Below are positions 55,758 through 64,000 of a DNA stretch of 64,000 bases, piece by piece. Within the stretch, counting starts at the first letter, position 1. Each line of letters starts with the position of its first letter. Origin of the DNA: a bacterium (GTDB lineage Bacteria; UBA10199; 2-02-FULL-44-16; JAAZCA01); the NCBI GenBank assembly GCA_963674695.2, contig CAXXGI010000002.1, positions 64,001-128,000 on the forward strand, written 5' to 3'. Below the pieces are notes generated by a model. That model was not told the DNA's origin, searched no databases, and saw only the letters and a program-made list of their open reading frames with translations. A program made the translations under genes and the position numbers.

Positions 55758-56174
55758 ATGTTGAAGATAACGAAAGAGGACCTGCTTAAGCGAATTCGAA
55801 TGCTCAGAAAAAAGGCCGGTATCAGCCAAAAGATCATAGCCGACCGGTTAGGGCTCGACCAGACGACATATTCGGCCATGGAACGGGGCCGCCAGAAGAT
55901 ATTTGTTGAATATTTAATTACCATAGCAGATGTCATTGGGGTGGAGGTATGGGAACTCTTTGCGGATCCGCAGAAGGCTGGCCTCCTAGATGATGAAGCT
56001 AAACGTTTTTTTGAAATGTGGTCCCGTTTCAACAATAATGAAAAGCATGTTTTGATGGAGATGGCGGACCAGATCATTCAAAAGAAAGATCTGGAACTCC
56101 ATGATCCTGATGTGGACTGCAATGAAGATTGCGATGATAAAAGGGGCGACGAGAAAAAGGTGCAGACAGGCTGA
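55758..56174 (+). CDS. XRE-family HTH repressor (CI-like, no S24 peptidase domain)
   Basis: RIRMLRKKAGISQ..IADRLGLDQTTYSAMERG...L..IADVIGV. Confidence 0.88.
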   Translation: MLKITKEDLLKRIRMLRKKAGISQKIIADRLGLDQTTYSAMERGRQKIFVEYLITIADVIGVEVWELFADPQKAGLLDDEAKRFFEMWSRFNNNEKHVLMEMADQIIQKKDLELHDPDVDCNEDCDDKRGDEKKVQTG

Positions 56175-56318
56175 TGAGCGGAGAATATTTCGTGGAGGTA
56201 AAAATTATCATGAGAAAAGGAAGGAAGATAAAGATTATACGAAAGGATAATATTTTCAGGCTGGTGTGGCTTACGTAAACAGATCGGCTGCACAATAAAC
56301 GATGAGGTTGCGTTTTTT

Positions 56319-59300
56319 ATGAAGAACATGGATATGACAAATGAAGTGCGAGTACTTGGAATCCCCGTTATTAGGGAGGCTCATTGGGGGACCCATTTCT
56401 GCCAATTCTATAAAACGAAAAAAGATTTGATCGATATTCTTGTGCCGTATTTCAAGGCGGGTTTGGAAAACAATGAGTATTGTATGTGGATTACATCCGA
56501 CCCCCTATCCTCAAAAGATGCCCACGATGCCTTATTAAAAGAGGTGAAGGATTTACCTCAACTCATAAAAAGGGAACAGATAGAGATCCTTGACTATAGC
56601 GAATGGTATACCAAGTCCGGGAAATTTGAGGGCGATAGAGTTTTGCGCGCATGGATCAAAAAGGAAAAAGAAGCGATCAAAAAAGGATATGATGGTCTCC
56701 GCCTTACGGGGAACACATTATGGCTGGAAAAGTGCGACTGGAAGAAGTTTGCGGTTTACGAGAAAAAAGTGGACAAGTCTTTAGAAACCCATCGGATAAT
56801 AGCGTTGTGTGCATATTCTTTGACCAAGTGCAACCCCTCTGAAATATTGGATGTGGTAGGGAGCCATCAATTCGCCCTCGTTAAAAAAGGGAGAAAGTGG
56901 AGAATTGTCGAAAGTTCTGGAGGAAAGCAGATACGAAGTGCATTAGATGAATTGGAAGAGAAATATAGAATCATCGTAGAAAATGCGCAGGAGGGTATCG
57001 GATTTGTCGATCCCCATGAAAAGATAGTGTTCTTAAACCAAAGTTTTGCCGATATTCTTGGTTACAAACGGGAAGATTTAATAGGAAAGAATTTAAAAGA
57101 TCTCACTAGCAAGGAGGAATTTGATAAATACCTTGGAGAAACAAGGCAGAGAAAAAGCGGGGCAAAGAATCGCTACGAAACTTTTTTATACAACAGTAAG
57201 GGCCAGCCTAGATATTTGAGTGTCTCAGCCGCGCCTCAAAAGAAAAAGACCGGATCGTTTCAGGGAACCATTGGCGTTGTGATGGACATTACCGAACAGA
57301 AGATGGCGGAAGAGGCGTTGCGGGAACGTGTCAAGGAACTGAGTTGTTTGTATGGTATTACGGATATTGTTGAGAAAGAGGGTATAACTCTGGAGGAGAT
57401 ACTTCAAGGCACTGTCGAATTGATTCCACCGGCCTTTCGGTATCCGAAAAACACTTGCGCCAGGATTGATTTTGAAGGTCAAGTGTTTAAGACAAAAAAC
57501 TGTCGTAGAACCAAAAGGGGTATATCTGCTGGCATAAAGTTGTTCGGTGCACAGTCGGGTCTCATAGAGGTTTTTCAATTAAAGAAGATGACTTTTGCAG
57601 ACGAAGGGCTTTTTTTGAAGGAAGAGAATGACCTTATTAAGGCGGTTGCCGAACGATTGGGAAAAACTATTGAACGCATACGAGTGGAGATGGCGCTTAG
57701 GGAATCCGAACAGAAATTTAGGAGGGTTTTTGATAATGCTACAGACGGAATGATTTTGGTAGAGATTGAAACCAGGAGATTCATTATCGCCAATAAGAAG
57801 TTTTGTCGAATGATGGGTTATACCATAGAGGAGATTAAGGAGAGAAGTGTCGATGATATCCATCCCGATAAATCCCTACCATATATTATAAAACAATTTA
57901 ATAAACAAGCGATGGGGGAATTTTCACTTGCTGAAAATCTTCCCGTGAAGAGGAAAGACAATAGCGTGTTTTTTGCGGATATCAACGCTGGTCCGGTAAT
58001 GTTATCTGCAAAAAAGTACATGTTGGGGATTTTTAGAGACATTACCGAACGCAAGAAGGCAGAGGAAGAAAGAAGCGAATTAAATGAGAGACTCCTAAAA
58101 ACTGTAAATTTACTTCAGGAAAAAGAACAGAAATTACAAAATACCGTTGTTGAACTGCAAGAAAGCAATGAATACACAGAAAACATCATTTCATCCATGG
58201 TTGACGCCTTGATTGTTTTAGACACTGGGGGAAAAATACAGTCCGTTAATAAGTCGATATGTGACTTGTTGAATTGCAAAGAAAATGAATTAATAGGCCA
58301 ATCGTTTGGTATGCTTATTGCGGAAGAAGAAGAAGAAGAAGAAGAAGAAGAAGAAGAGTCCATAGTTGATAAGCGCTTTAGAAAACTCCTCCGCAAAGGT
58401 CCTGTGATCGATTACAATACGTCTTTTTCTACTAAGACATCTAAAAAAATACCGGTAAGTATTTACGGCTCTGTAATACGCGATGAAAAAGGAAAGCTCA
58501 CAGGAGTGGTCCTAACCGCCCGGGATATGCGGGAAAGAATTGCAGCAGAAAATAAAATCAAGGAATCGGAAGAGAGATACCGCGGTGTGGTGGAGAATTT
58601 GACCGATGCAATCTTTCTTTTGGATGAGCAGGGAAAATTTGTACATATGAACCGACCCGGCGTAAAATTATACGGGTGGAAGAAGTTAAGCAATATCATA
58701 GAAAGAAATTTTGTTGAGGATGCTCACAGAAAATATTTCGGGGTGCTCGCCAAGGCTGTCGAGACTGCGTGGAGTGGAAAAATGGCGGAATGTCATTATG
58801 AATCGACCACGAGTGGAGGCCTTCATAAGTGGTGGGAAGTAACACTCGTTCCGTTGAGGAATACCTCTGGAAAAATATTGAACATTGTCGGAATATCAAG
58901 AGACGTAACGCTTAAGAAACAGTCGGAACAACTCATCAAATTTTACAAAGAATATGCGGAGCACATTGTCGCCAATCTTCCAATCTCCATTCTCATTCTA
59001 AATCGTAAAATTGAGATAAATTTTGCGAATCAACATTTCATCAAAAGATTGGGGAAAAGTAGAGAAGAAGTTATGGACAAGCCTTTGGAAGAAGTATTGG
59101 GCAGAGCTTACAAAGGCATTGGATTTGATGAAAAGATAAGGGCCGTGATTAGAGGTGACGATACATTGCCGCGAGGTCGATTCGAACTCCGTGGAAAGCA
59201 TTACGATTATCAGATTCTTAGGTTCAAAGAACGAATAGGCCGCCGGTACAATGCCATGCTCATCATGGAGGATATAACGGAGAGGATTCATCTCGAGGAA

Positions 59301-60032
59301 CAGATAAGGGACGCTGAAAAGATGTCTGCTATCGGCCAATTTACTGCGGGTATAGCGCATGAAATAAATAATCCCCTTGGCATAGTCTTGGCGAATATTC
59401 AGTATCTGACATCCAATATGGATAAAATTGATTTTACCGATAAAAAACAGGTAAACGATCTTAGTGAAGTATTGGGGACAATTGGAGAGCAATCCCGCCG
59501 TTGCGGCGAGATCGTTTCGAACCTGCTTCACTTTACCCATAGAGGGAGGGGCGAAGAAGAAAATGTAAGCATCGACAAAGTGGTGCGTAGAACGATGCAG
59601 ATGATGGAGCATCAGCTGCGTCTCTCAAAAATCGAATATACAGTTGATCTGGACGGAAATTTGCCTGTGATAAGAGGTGATATCAATCGTCTTCAACAGG
59701 TATTTGTAAATCTCATCCTGAATGCGCAACATGCCATGATGAGCGGAGGCAAACTACATATCAAAACATTGGTTGAGGATAATAACTGGATATGCGTTTC
59801 ATTTAAAGATACAGGTCCCGGCATTCCCAGAAAACATCAGAAAAGAATATTCGAGCCATTCTATACTACTCGCAAGGCAGGTGAAGGAACGGGACTAGGT
59901 TTATCTGTTGTTCACTCAATTATACAGGAACACGGGGGAACAATAAGTGTAGATAGCAAAAGAGGGGCAGGTGCTACTTTTAAAGTTAGATTGCCGGTTG
60001 CCAAAAAGGGCTTGTTTGGGTTGTGGAAATAG
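56319..60032 (+). CDS. Cytoplasmic multi-PAS sensor histidine kinase with an N-terminal MEDS domain
   Basis: WGTHFCQFY...YFKAGLENNE (MEDS); about five PAS/PAC units (DITE); AGIAHEINNPL, QVFVNLILNA, DTGPGI, FEPFYTT, GTGLGL. Confidence 0.93.
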   Translation: MKNMDMTNEVRVLGIPVIREAHWGTHFCQFYKTKKDLIDILVPYFKAGLENNEYCMWITSDPLSSKDAHDALLKEVKDLPQLIKREQIEILDYSEWYTKSGKFEGDRVLRAWIKKEKEAIKKGYDGLRLTGNTLWLEKCDWKKFAVYEKKVDKSLETHRIIALCAYSLTKCNPSEILDVVGSHQFALVKKGRKWRIVESSGGKQIRSALDELEEKYRIIVENAQEGIGFVDPHEKIVFLNQSFADILGYKREDLIGKNLKDLTSKEEFDKYLGETRQRKSGAKNRYETFLYNSKGQPRYLSVSAAPQKKKTGSFQGTIGVVMDITEQKMAEEALRERVKELSCLYGITDIVEKEGITLEEILQGTVELIPPAFRYPKNTCARIDFEGQVFKTKNCRRTKRGISAGIKLFGAQSGLIEVFQLKKMTFADEGLFLKEENDLIKAVAERLGKTIERIRVEMALRESEQKFRRVFDNATDGMILVEIETRRFIIANKKFCRMMGYTIEEIKERSVDDIHPDKSLPYIIKQFNKQAMGEFSLAENLPVKRKDNSVFFADINAGPVMLSAKKYMLGIFRDITERKKAEEERSELNERLLKTVNLLQEKEQKLQNTVVELQESNEYTENIISSMVDALIVLDTGGKIQSVNKSICDLLNCKENELIGQSFGMLIAEEEEEEEEEEEESIVDKRFRKLLRKGPVIDYNTSFSTKTSKKIPVSIYGSVIRDEKGKLTGVVLTARDMRERIAAENKIKESEERYRGVVENLTDAIFLLDEQGKFVHMNRPGVKLYGWKKLSNIIERNFVEDAHRKYFGVLAKAVETAWSGKMAECHYESTTSGGLHKWWEVTLVPLRNTSGKILNIVGISRDVTLKKQSEQLIKFYKEYAEHIVANLPISILILNRKIEINFANQHFIKRLGKSREEVMDKPLEEVLGRAYKGIGFDEKIRAVIRGDDTLPRGRFELRGKHYDYQILRFKERIGRRYNAMLIMEDITERIHLEEQIRDAEKMSAIGQFTAGIAHEINNPLGIVLANIQYLTSNMDKIDFTDKKQVNDLSEVLGTIGEQSRRCGEIVSNLLHFTHRGRGEEENVSIDKVVRRTMQMMEHQLRLSKIEYTVDLDGNLPVIRGDINRLQQVFVNLILNAQHAMMSGGKLHIKTLVEDNNWICVSFKDTGPGIPRKHQKRIFEPFYTTRKAGEGTGLGLSVVHSIIQEHGGTISVDSKRGAGATFKVRLPVAKKGLFGLWK
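58323..58358 (+). repeat. (GAA)11-GAG microsatellite encoding Glu12 inside a PAS domain
   Basis: Read directly from the sequence. Confidence 0.95.
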
Positions 60033-60063
60033 CGTATCTCGTGAAGCGTGAAACGTATTTCGT
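60033..60063 (-). repeat. Left heptamer arm of the four-helix-bundle cassette
   Basis: Minus strand ACGAAAT ACGTTTC ACGCTTC ACGAGAT ACG. Confidence 0.88.
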
Positions 60064-60075
60064 GAGGGATATTCA

Positions 60076-60435
60076 ATGGGTAATAAAATTAAAAATTTTA
60101 GAGATTTGGACGTTTGGAAATTAGGAAAAGAAATAGCTTTAGAAATTTACAAAATTACTGAAGCTTTTCCAAAGAATGAGTTGTATGGCTTGATTTCGCA
60201 AATGCGTCGGTCAGCAATATCGATTCCATCCAACGTGTCAGAGGGATTTAATAGATTTCACAACAAGGAGTACAGGCAATTTCTTTATATTGCATTGGGT
60301 TCATGTGCTGAATTAGAAACACAAATTGAAGTTTCATTTGAGTTGAAATTTTTGAATGAGACTTCGAAAGGTGAATTGTTGGAGAACTTAGATCACGAAT
60401 CGAGGATGTTAAGAAATTTGATAAAAAAACTATAA
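60076..60435 (+). CDS. Four-helix-bundle protein (TIGR02436, 23S IVS protein/Avd-like)
   Basis: FRDLDVW, FPKNELYGLISQMRRSAISIPSNVSEG, FLYIALGSCAELETQ. Confidence 0.95.
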   Translation: MGNKIKNFRDLDVWKLGKEIALEIYKITEAFPKNELYGLISQMRRSAISIPSNVSEGFNRFHNKEYRQFLYIALGSCAELETQIEVSFELKFLNETSKGELLENLDHESRMLRNLIKKL

Positions 60436-60440
60436 AACAT

Positions 60441-60471
60441 ACGAAATACAAGATACGCTTCACGAGATACG
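60441..60471 (+). repeat. Right heptamer arm, inverted repeat of 60033-60063
   Basis: ACGAAAT ACAAGAT ACGCTTC ACGAGAT ACG; perfect 17-bp and 9-bp complementary blocks. Confidence 0.88.
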
Positions 60472-60487
60472 AAAAAAGGGGGGTAAA

Positions 60488-60883
60488 ATGGTTGAAGACT
60501 TTAGAAAATTAAACAAGGTGCTGGTTGTCGATGACGAAGAAGAGATGTGCAACGTGCTCCGCAAGATTTTGGAGCAGGACGGTTATGAGGTTTCCACTGC
60601 CACCAGCGGTTCGCGTGCACTTGCTACCATGAAACAAAAACCCGCAGACCTTATTTTGCTGGATATAAAAATGCCGGGCATGGATGGGATTGAGATGTTG
60701 CGCAAGCTGCGTGATTTCAATCAGGATGCTGTGGTTATTATTCTTACAGCCTATGGCACATTGGGAACGGCGAGAGAGGCCATGCAACTGGGTGCATATG
60801 ATTACATAACCAAACCATTCGACGCCAACTTCGTAAAGAACATGGTGAAGGAAGGTCTTGAAGAGAGGTCGTCAGGTTTATGA
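60488..60883 (+). CDS. Single-domain response regulator
   Basis: VLVVDDE, LLDIKMPGMDG, ILTAYG, YITKPF. Confidence 0.95.
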   Translation: MVEDFRKLNKVLVVDDEEEMCNVLRKILEQDGYEVSTATSGSRALATMKQKPADLILLDIKMPGMDGIEMLRKLRDFNQDAVVIILTAYGTLGTAREAMQLGAYDYITKPFDANFVKNMVKEGLEERSSGL

Positions 60884-61506
60884 AGAATAGTCGAAGTTTA
60901 ATATATGTGCCGGTCATTCATACCCAGGCTGACATGGGGAGTATGAGCGGTGCCTTAAAGCAAGAGTACATCAAGAAGTTTGGTGAACAGAAATGGAATC
61001 AACACGTCCGTGAAATAGATCAGATGTGGGATGGTTTAAGGACAAAAATCGACAAACTGAGACTGGACTGGTCAAAGGTGAGGATCTATCAGGATGGCCT
61101 TCCGGTGTGCGGCAAGGAAAAAGAGATCGTGGCCGATCTTGCTTCCAAGGGGAGTAAGAATCACGAGGTTGTTCAATGGCTGGTAGATAACGGTGCAAAT
61201 CTGGAAGGAACCGAAGACGCATCGCTTCTGCTCGAAGAGTATAACCATATAAAAAAGATCGCTAATGCAAAAAACAATAAAGAGAAGGATGAATCTATAA
61301 AGGAATATGAAAAGATCGCGCAGGATTTACTCTCCAAGAGAGATAATTTTATAAAAGAAAGGATCGATCACACGCTTAAGGCAGGAGAAACCGGGATATT
61401 GTTTATGGGACTCCTGCACAGGGTGGATGAAGGATTAAATGCGGGTATAAAGGTCAGCTTCCTGATCCATCGTCTGCCGTTCAAACGTCAGGCAGCGGTG
61501 GCGTAA
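60880..61506 (+). CDS. Conserved-looking hypothetical protein
   Basis: ATGA coupling; LIYVPVIH..ADMGS, IYQDGLP, GS.N, E, RD.FI..RI..TL, LFMG..H. Confidence 0.75.
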   Translation: MKNSRSLIYVPVIHTQADMGSMSGALKQEYIKKFGEQKWNQHVREIDQMWDGLRTKIDKLRLDWSKVRIYQDGLPVCGKEKEIVADLASKGSKNHEVVQWLVDNGANLEGTEDASLLLEEYNHIKKIANAKNNKEKDESIKEYEKIAQDLLSKRDNFIKERIDHTLKAGETGILFMGLLHRVDEGLNAGIKVSFLIHRLPFKRQAAVA

Positions 61507-61519
61507 GCTGTTACAGTTT

Positions 61520-62689
61520 ATGAATGAAAATGAAACAGAAAATTTGGATAGTAGAGATAATCCAGATCTCGAATACCTGATCCGTCGGGCCAAGAAGAAT
61601 CTTCAGGATATCTTTGATGGCATTACCGATGCCATAGTTATTATAGATAAAAAATGTGAGATCATGAGGGTCAACAGGTCTTTGCTTGAACTGATGGGTA
61701 AAGAATCCTTTAATGATGTCTTGGGCAAAACATGTTTCGATTTATTTTACGGCGTCAATGGACCATGTGAAAAATGCATAGGTCATGATGTATTTGAAAC
61801 CGGAAAGAAACAAACTCTTTTAAGGTCTTTCAATGCAGAGCCTTTAAAGGGGCGGATTTTTCAGGTCACTGTATTTCCCCTCCATTCTGATGAAGGGGAC
61901 GCTTACGCCATCGTGAAGTATATGCGCGATATTACCAGAGAGATAAATAACGAAAAACAGTTGCTGGAACTTGAGAAGGCACGAAATATGAGGTTTCTGG
62001 CTGCCGGTGTAGCACATGAGTTGCGCAATCCTCTGGCAGTCATAAAATCCAGTGCACAATTGTGTCTAAAGGAACTAAACAAGCTTGAGGCTACGCCACT
62101 GCATAGTGATTTGAAAGAAAACATGGATGCCATAATAAATAATGCCGATAACGTCTCTCATACAATTAAGCATCTGATGGATTTTTCAAAACCACTGGAA
62201 GCCACTTATGAGATGGCCGATATAGGATCTATTATAGATGAAGTATGTAATATGGTGAAGGTTCGTTGTCAGCGTAAAGAGATCAGCCTCACGAAGGAGA
62301 TACAGACATCTATACCGGAGATAAGATTGGATAAGAGCTCTCTCATTCAGGCGATACTCAATTTTATAACCAATGCCATAGATGCGATTTCGGTCGGCGG
62401 AGATATTAAGATAGAAGCCCTATTCAGGCCGGATGCAGAATTCATTTATATCTTTATCAAAGATTCGGGCAAGGGAGTGTCCGAACTCGTTTCAGATCAT
62501 GTATTCGAACCGTTTTTTACAACAAAAGAAGATGGCGAGGGTCTGGGAATGACGATAGCCCATCGAATTATCAATGCCCATGGTGGTACCGTGGATTTTG
62601 AAAGCATAGAGGAAAGAGGTTCGGTCGTTACGATAAAACTTCCCGTGAAAGAGACCTTTACGGGTATGGGAGCTTTGAACAATGGATAA
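61520..62689 (+). CDS. PAS sensor histidine kinase
   Basis: Cys-containing PAS (CF...PCEKC); AAGVAHELRNPL, NFITNAIDA, DSGKG, FEPFFTTK, GEGLG. Confidence 0.93.
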   Translation: MNENETENLDSRDNPDLEYLIRRAKKNLQDIFDGITDAIVIIDKKCEIMRVNRSLLELMGKESFNDVLGKTCFDLFYGVNGPCEKCIGHDVFETGKKQTLLRSFNAEPLKGRIFQVTVFPLHSDEGDAYAIVKYMRDITREINNEKQLLELEKARNMRFLAAGVAHELRNPLAVIKSSAQLCLKELNKLEATPLHSDLKENMDAIINNADNVSHTIKHLMDFSKPLEATYEMADIGSIIDEVCNMVKVRCQRKEISLTKEIQTSIPEIRLDKSSLIQAILNFITNAIDAISVGGDIKIEALFRPDAEFIYIFIKDSGKGVSELVSDHVFEPFFTTKEDGEGLGMTIAHRIINAHGGTVDFESIEERGSVVTIKLPVKETFTGMGALNNG

Positions 62690-64000
62690 GGGGAAAATCC
62701 TTATTATAGATGACGAGAAGGATGTACGCAGATTATTGGAGAAGATACTGCAAGGGGCAGGTTATTCAGTCAGTTCCGTATCCACAGGTAATGATGCCAT
62801 AACGAGCATCAGATCTGATCTTCCTCATGTGGTCATACTCGATCTGATGCTTCCCGATATCGATGGGCTAAATGTCCTGAAGAAGATAAAGGAGATGGAG
62901 CATTCGATTCAGGTTATTATCCTTACGGGGCATGAGAGTGTAAAGAGCGCTGTAGAGGCCATGAAGTTGGGCGCCTTTCACTATATGCCCAAACCCTTCG
63001 ATAATGATGAACTCATTATCATAACAGATAAGGCGATTGAGGCTGTCCACCTCGAACAGGAAGTCGATGATCTAAGACGCGAGATAGGAACAAAGTTCTC
63101 GTATAAAAATATAATAGGTGGATCGAAGGAGATACAAAAGGTAATAAAGTTGGTTAAGGCGGTTTCCAACAGCGATGTTACAGTTTTGATTACGGGAGAC
63201 AGCGGAACGGGTAAGGAACTACTCGCCCGAACGATTCATAATAACAGCAACAGAAATCATCATCGGTTTACGCCCATCGATTGTGCCTCTTTGCCCGACA
63301 CACTTATCGAATCCGAACTCTTCGGTCACGAGAAAGGTGCCTTTACCGGCGCTGTGAAGGCAAAGGCCGGAAAGTTTGAATTGACCGAAGGCGGTACAAT
63401 TTTTCTTGATGAGATCGGCAACATCAGCATGGGCACACAGGCAAAATTACTTCGTGTTTTGGAAGAAAGACAGGTCGAGAGAATTGGGAGCGAGAAGCCC
63501 GTTGATGTCGATGTCCGCGTAATCGTAGCAACCAATGCCGATCTCGAAGCAATGATGAAGAAGAAGACATTCCGAAGGGACATCTATCATCGTGTCAATG
63601 AATTCCCCATACACATACCTTCGCTCAAGGAACGACAGGAGGATATTCCGCTTTTTATAGATCACTTCATCAAGGAATTTAATAAAGAACTGAATATCAA
63701 GGTCAAGGGTATTTCCATGGGGACAAGGGCTCTGTTGGAATCATATGATTGGCCCGGAAATATCAGGGAAATCAAAAATGTGATTAAACGCGCAATGTTG
63801 CTTGCTGAAGACGGCGTTATTACGGCCAGACGCCTGCCCGAAGAAATTCGAAAATTGAATAACAAAATTCACTTGGAAGAAGAGGAGATTTGTTTGGATC
63901 AACTTGTGGATATGCCTCTCAGGGCCGCTACACAAATCGCCTTGCGCCAGATAGAGACAGCACTGATTAAAAAAGTGCTGAAGGATGTCGGTGGAAAAAA
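62682..64000 (+). CDS. NtrC-family sigma-54 response regulator (runs off the window)
   Basis: Manual translation MDKGKILIIDDE...LDLMLPD...KPF...GDSGTGKE...ESELFGHEKGAFTGA...FLDEIG...WPGNIRE. Confidence 0.95.
   Translation, partial: MDKGKILIIDDEKDVRRLLEKILQGAGYSVSSVSTGNDAITSIRSDLPHVVILDLMLPDIDGLNVLKKIKEMEHSIQVIILTGHESVKSAVEAMKLGAFHYMPKPFDNDELIIITDKAIEAVHLEQEVDDLRREIGTKFSYKNIIGGSKEIQKVIKLVKAVSNSDVTVLITGDSGTGKELLARTIHNNSNRNHHRFTPIDCASLPDTLIESELFGHEKGAFTGAVKAKAGKFELTEGGTIFLDEIGNISMGTQAKLLRVLEERQVERIGSEKPVDVDVRVIVATNADLEAMMKKKTFRRDIYHRVNEFPIHIPSLKERQEDIPLFIDHFIKEFNKELNIKVKGISMGTRALLESYDWPGNIREIKNVIKRAMLLAEDGVITARRLPEEIRKLNNKIHLEEEEICLDQLVDMPLRAATQIALRQIETALIKKVLKDVGGK

Larger units (their letters stand above)
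48442..64000. mobile_element. Integrated phage-like element/genomic island at tRNA-Arg (right end not seen)
   Basis: Integrase next to the tRNA, drop in GC content, phage-type replication, recombination and repressor genes; whether 56-64 kb belongs to it is inferred from composition only. Confidence 0.75.

Noticed and set aside
60076-60435. Diversity-generating retroelement, because of the Avd-like gene
   Set aside because: No reverse transcriptase and no TR/VR pair seen; the 29.8-33.5 kb duplicates differ at all four bases, not only at adenines
60033-60471. 23S rRNA intervening sequence
   Set aside because: The flanks are protein-coding genes; there is no rRNA in the window

Overview
Bacterial chromosomal window. 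The TIGR02147 gene, MYXO-CTERM-like tail, sigma-54/sigma-28 motifs and many orphan proteins suggest a Deltaproteobacteria-like lineage (Myxococcota/Bdellovibrionota relative); this is an inference. 1-48.4 kb is GC-rich host DNA: gap-pgk-tpiA, an MMPL/RND transporter, mnmE-[fic]-mnmG, a deoxyhypusine synthase-like gene, and an hpnO-like aminotransferase/beta-barrel/methyltransferase unit. 16-37 kb is a plastic block of orphan and paralogous genes (C25 gingipain-like operon, vWA protein, duplicated genes, an internally deleted IS30, sigma-28-like promoters). It is followed by namZ, TIGR02147 plus a lipoprotein, and a peptide/amino-acid catabolism cluster (OPT, M29 aminopeptidase, pepT, ridA, 5'-nucleotidase, tpl). 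After tRNA-Arg(ACG) at 48365-48441 the sequence becomes AT-richer: an integrated phage-like element (large serine recombinase reading antisense into the tRNA, DnaC-like ATPase, replication protein, YqaJ exonuclease plus partner, two divergent switches), then a PAS-kinase/response-regulator/NtrC cascade that runs off the window. The most unusual signal is a family of 7-nt-period ACG/GCG-anchored arrays. They form inverted arms around an Avd/IVS-type four-helix-bundle gene (60076-60435) and recur on the mRNA strand inside mnmE, inside mnmG and in the gap-pgk spacer. This is a candidate repeat-plus-ring-protein mobile or regulatory system. All calls come from reading motifs by eye; no searches were run.
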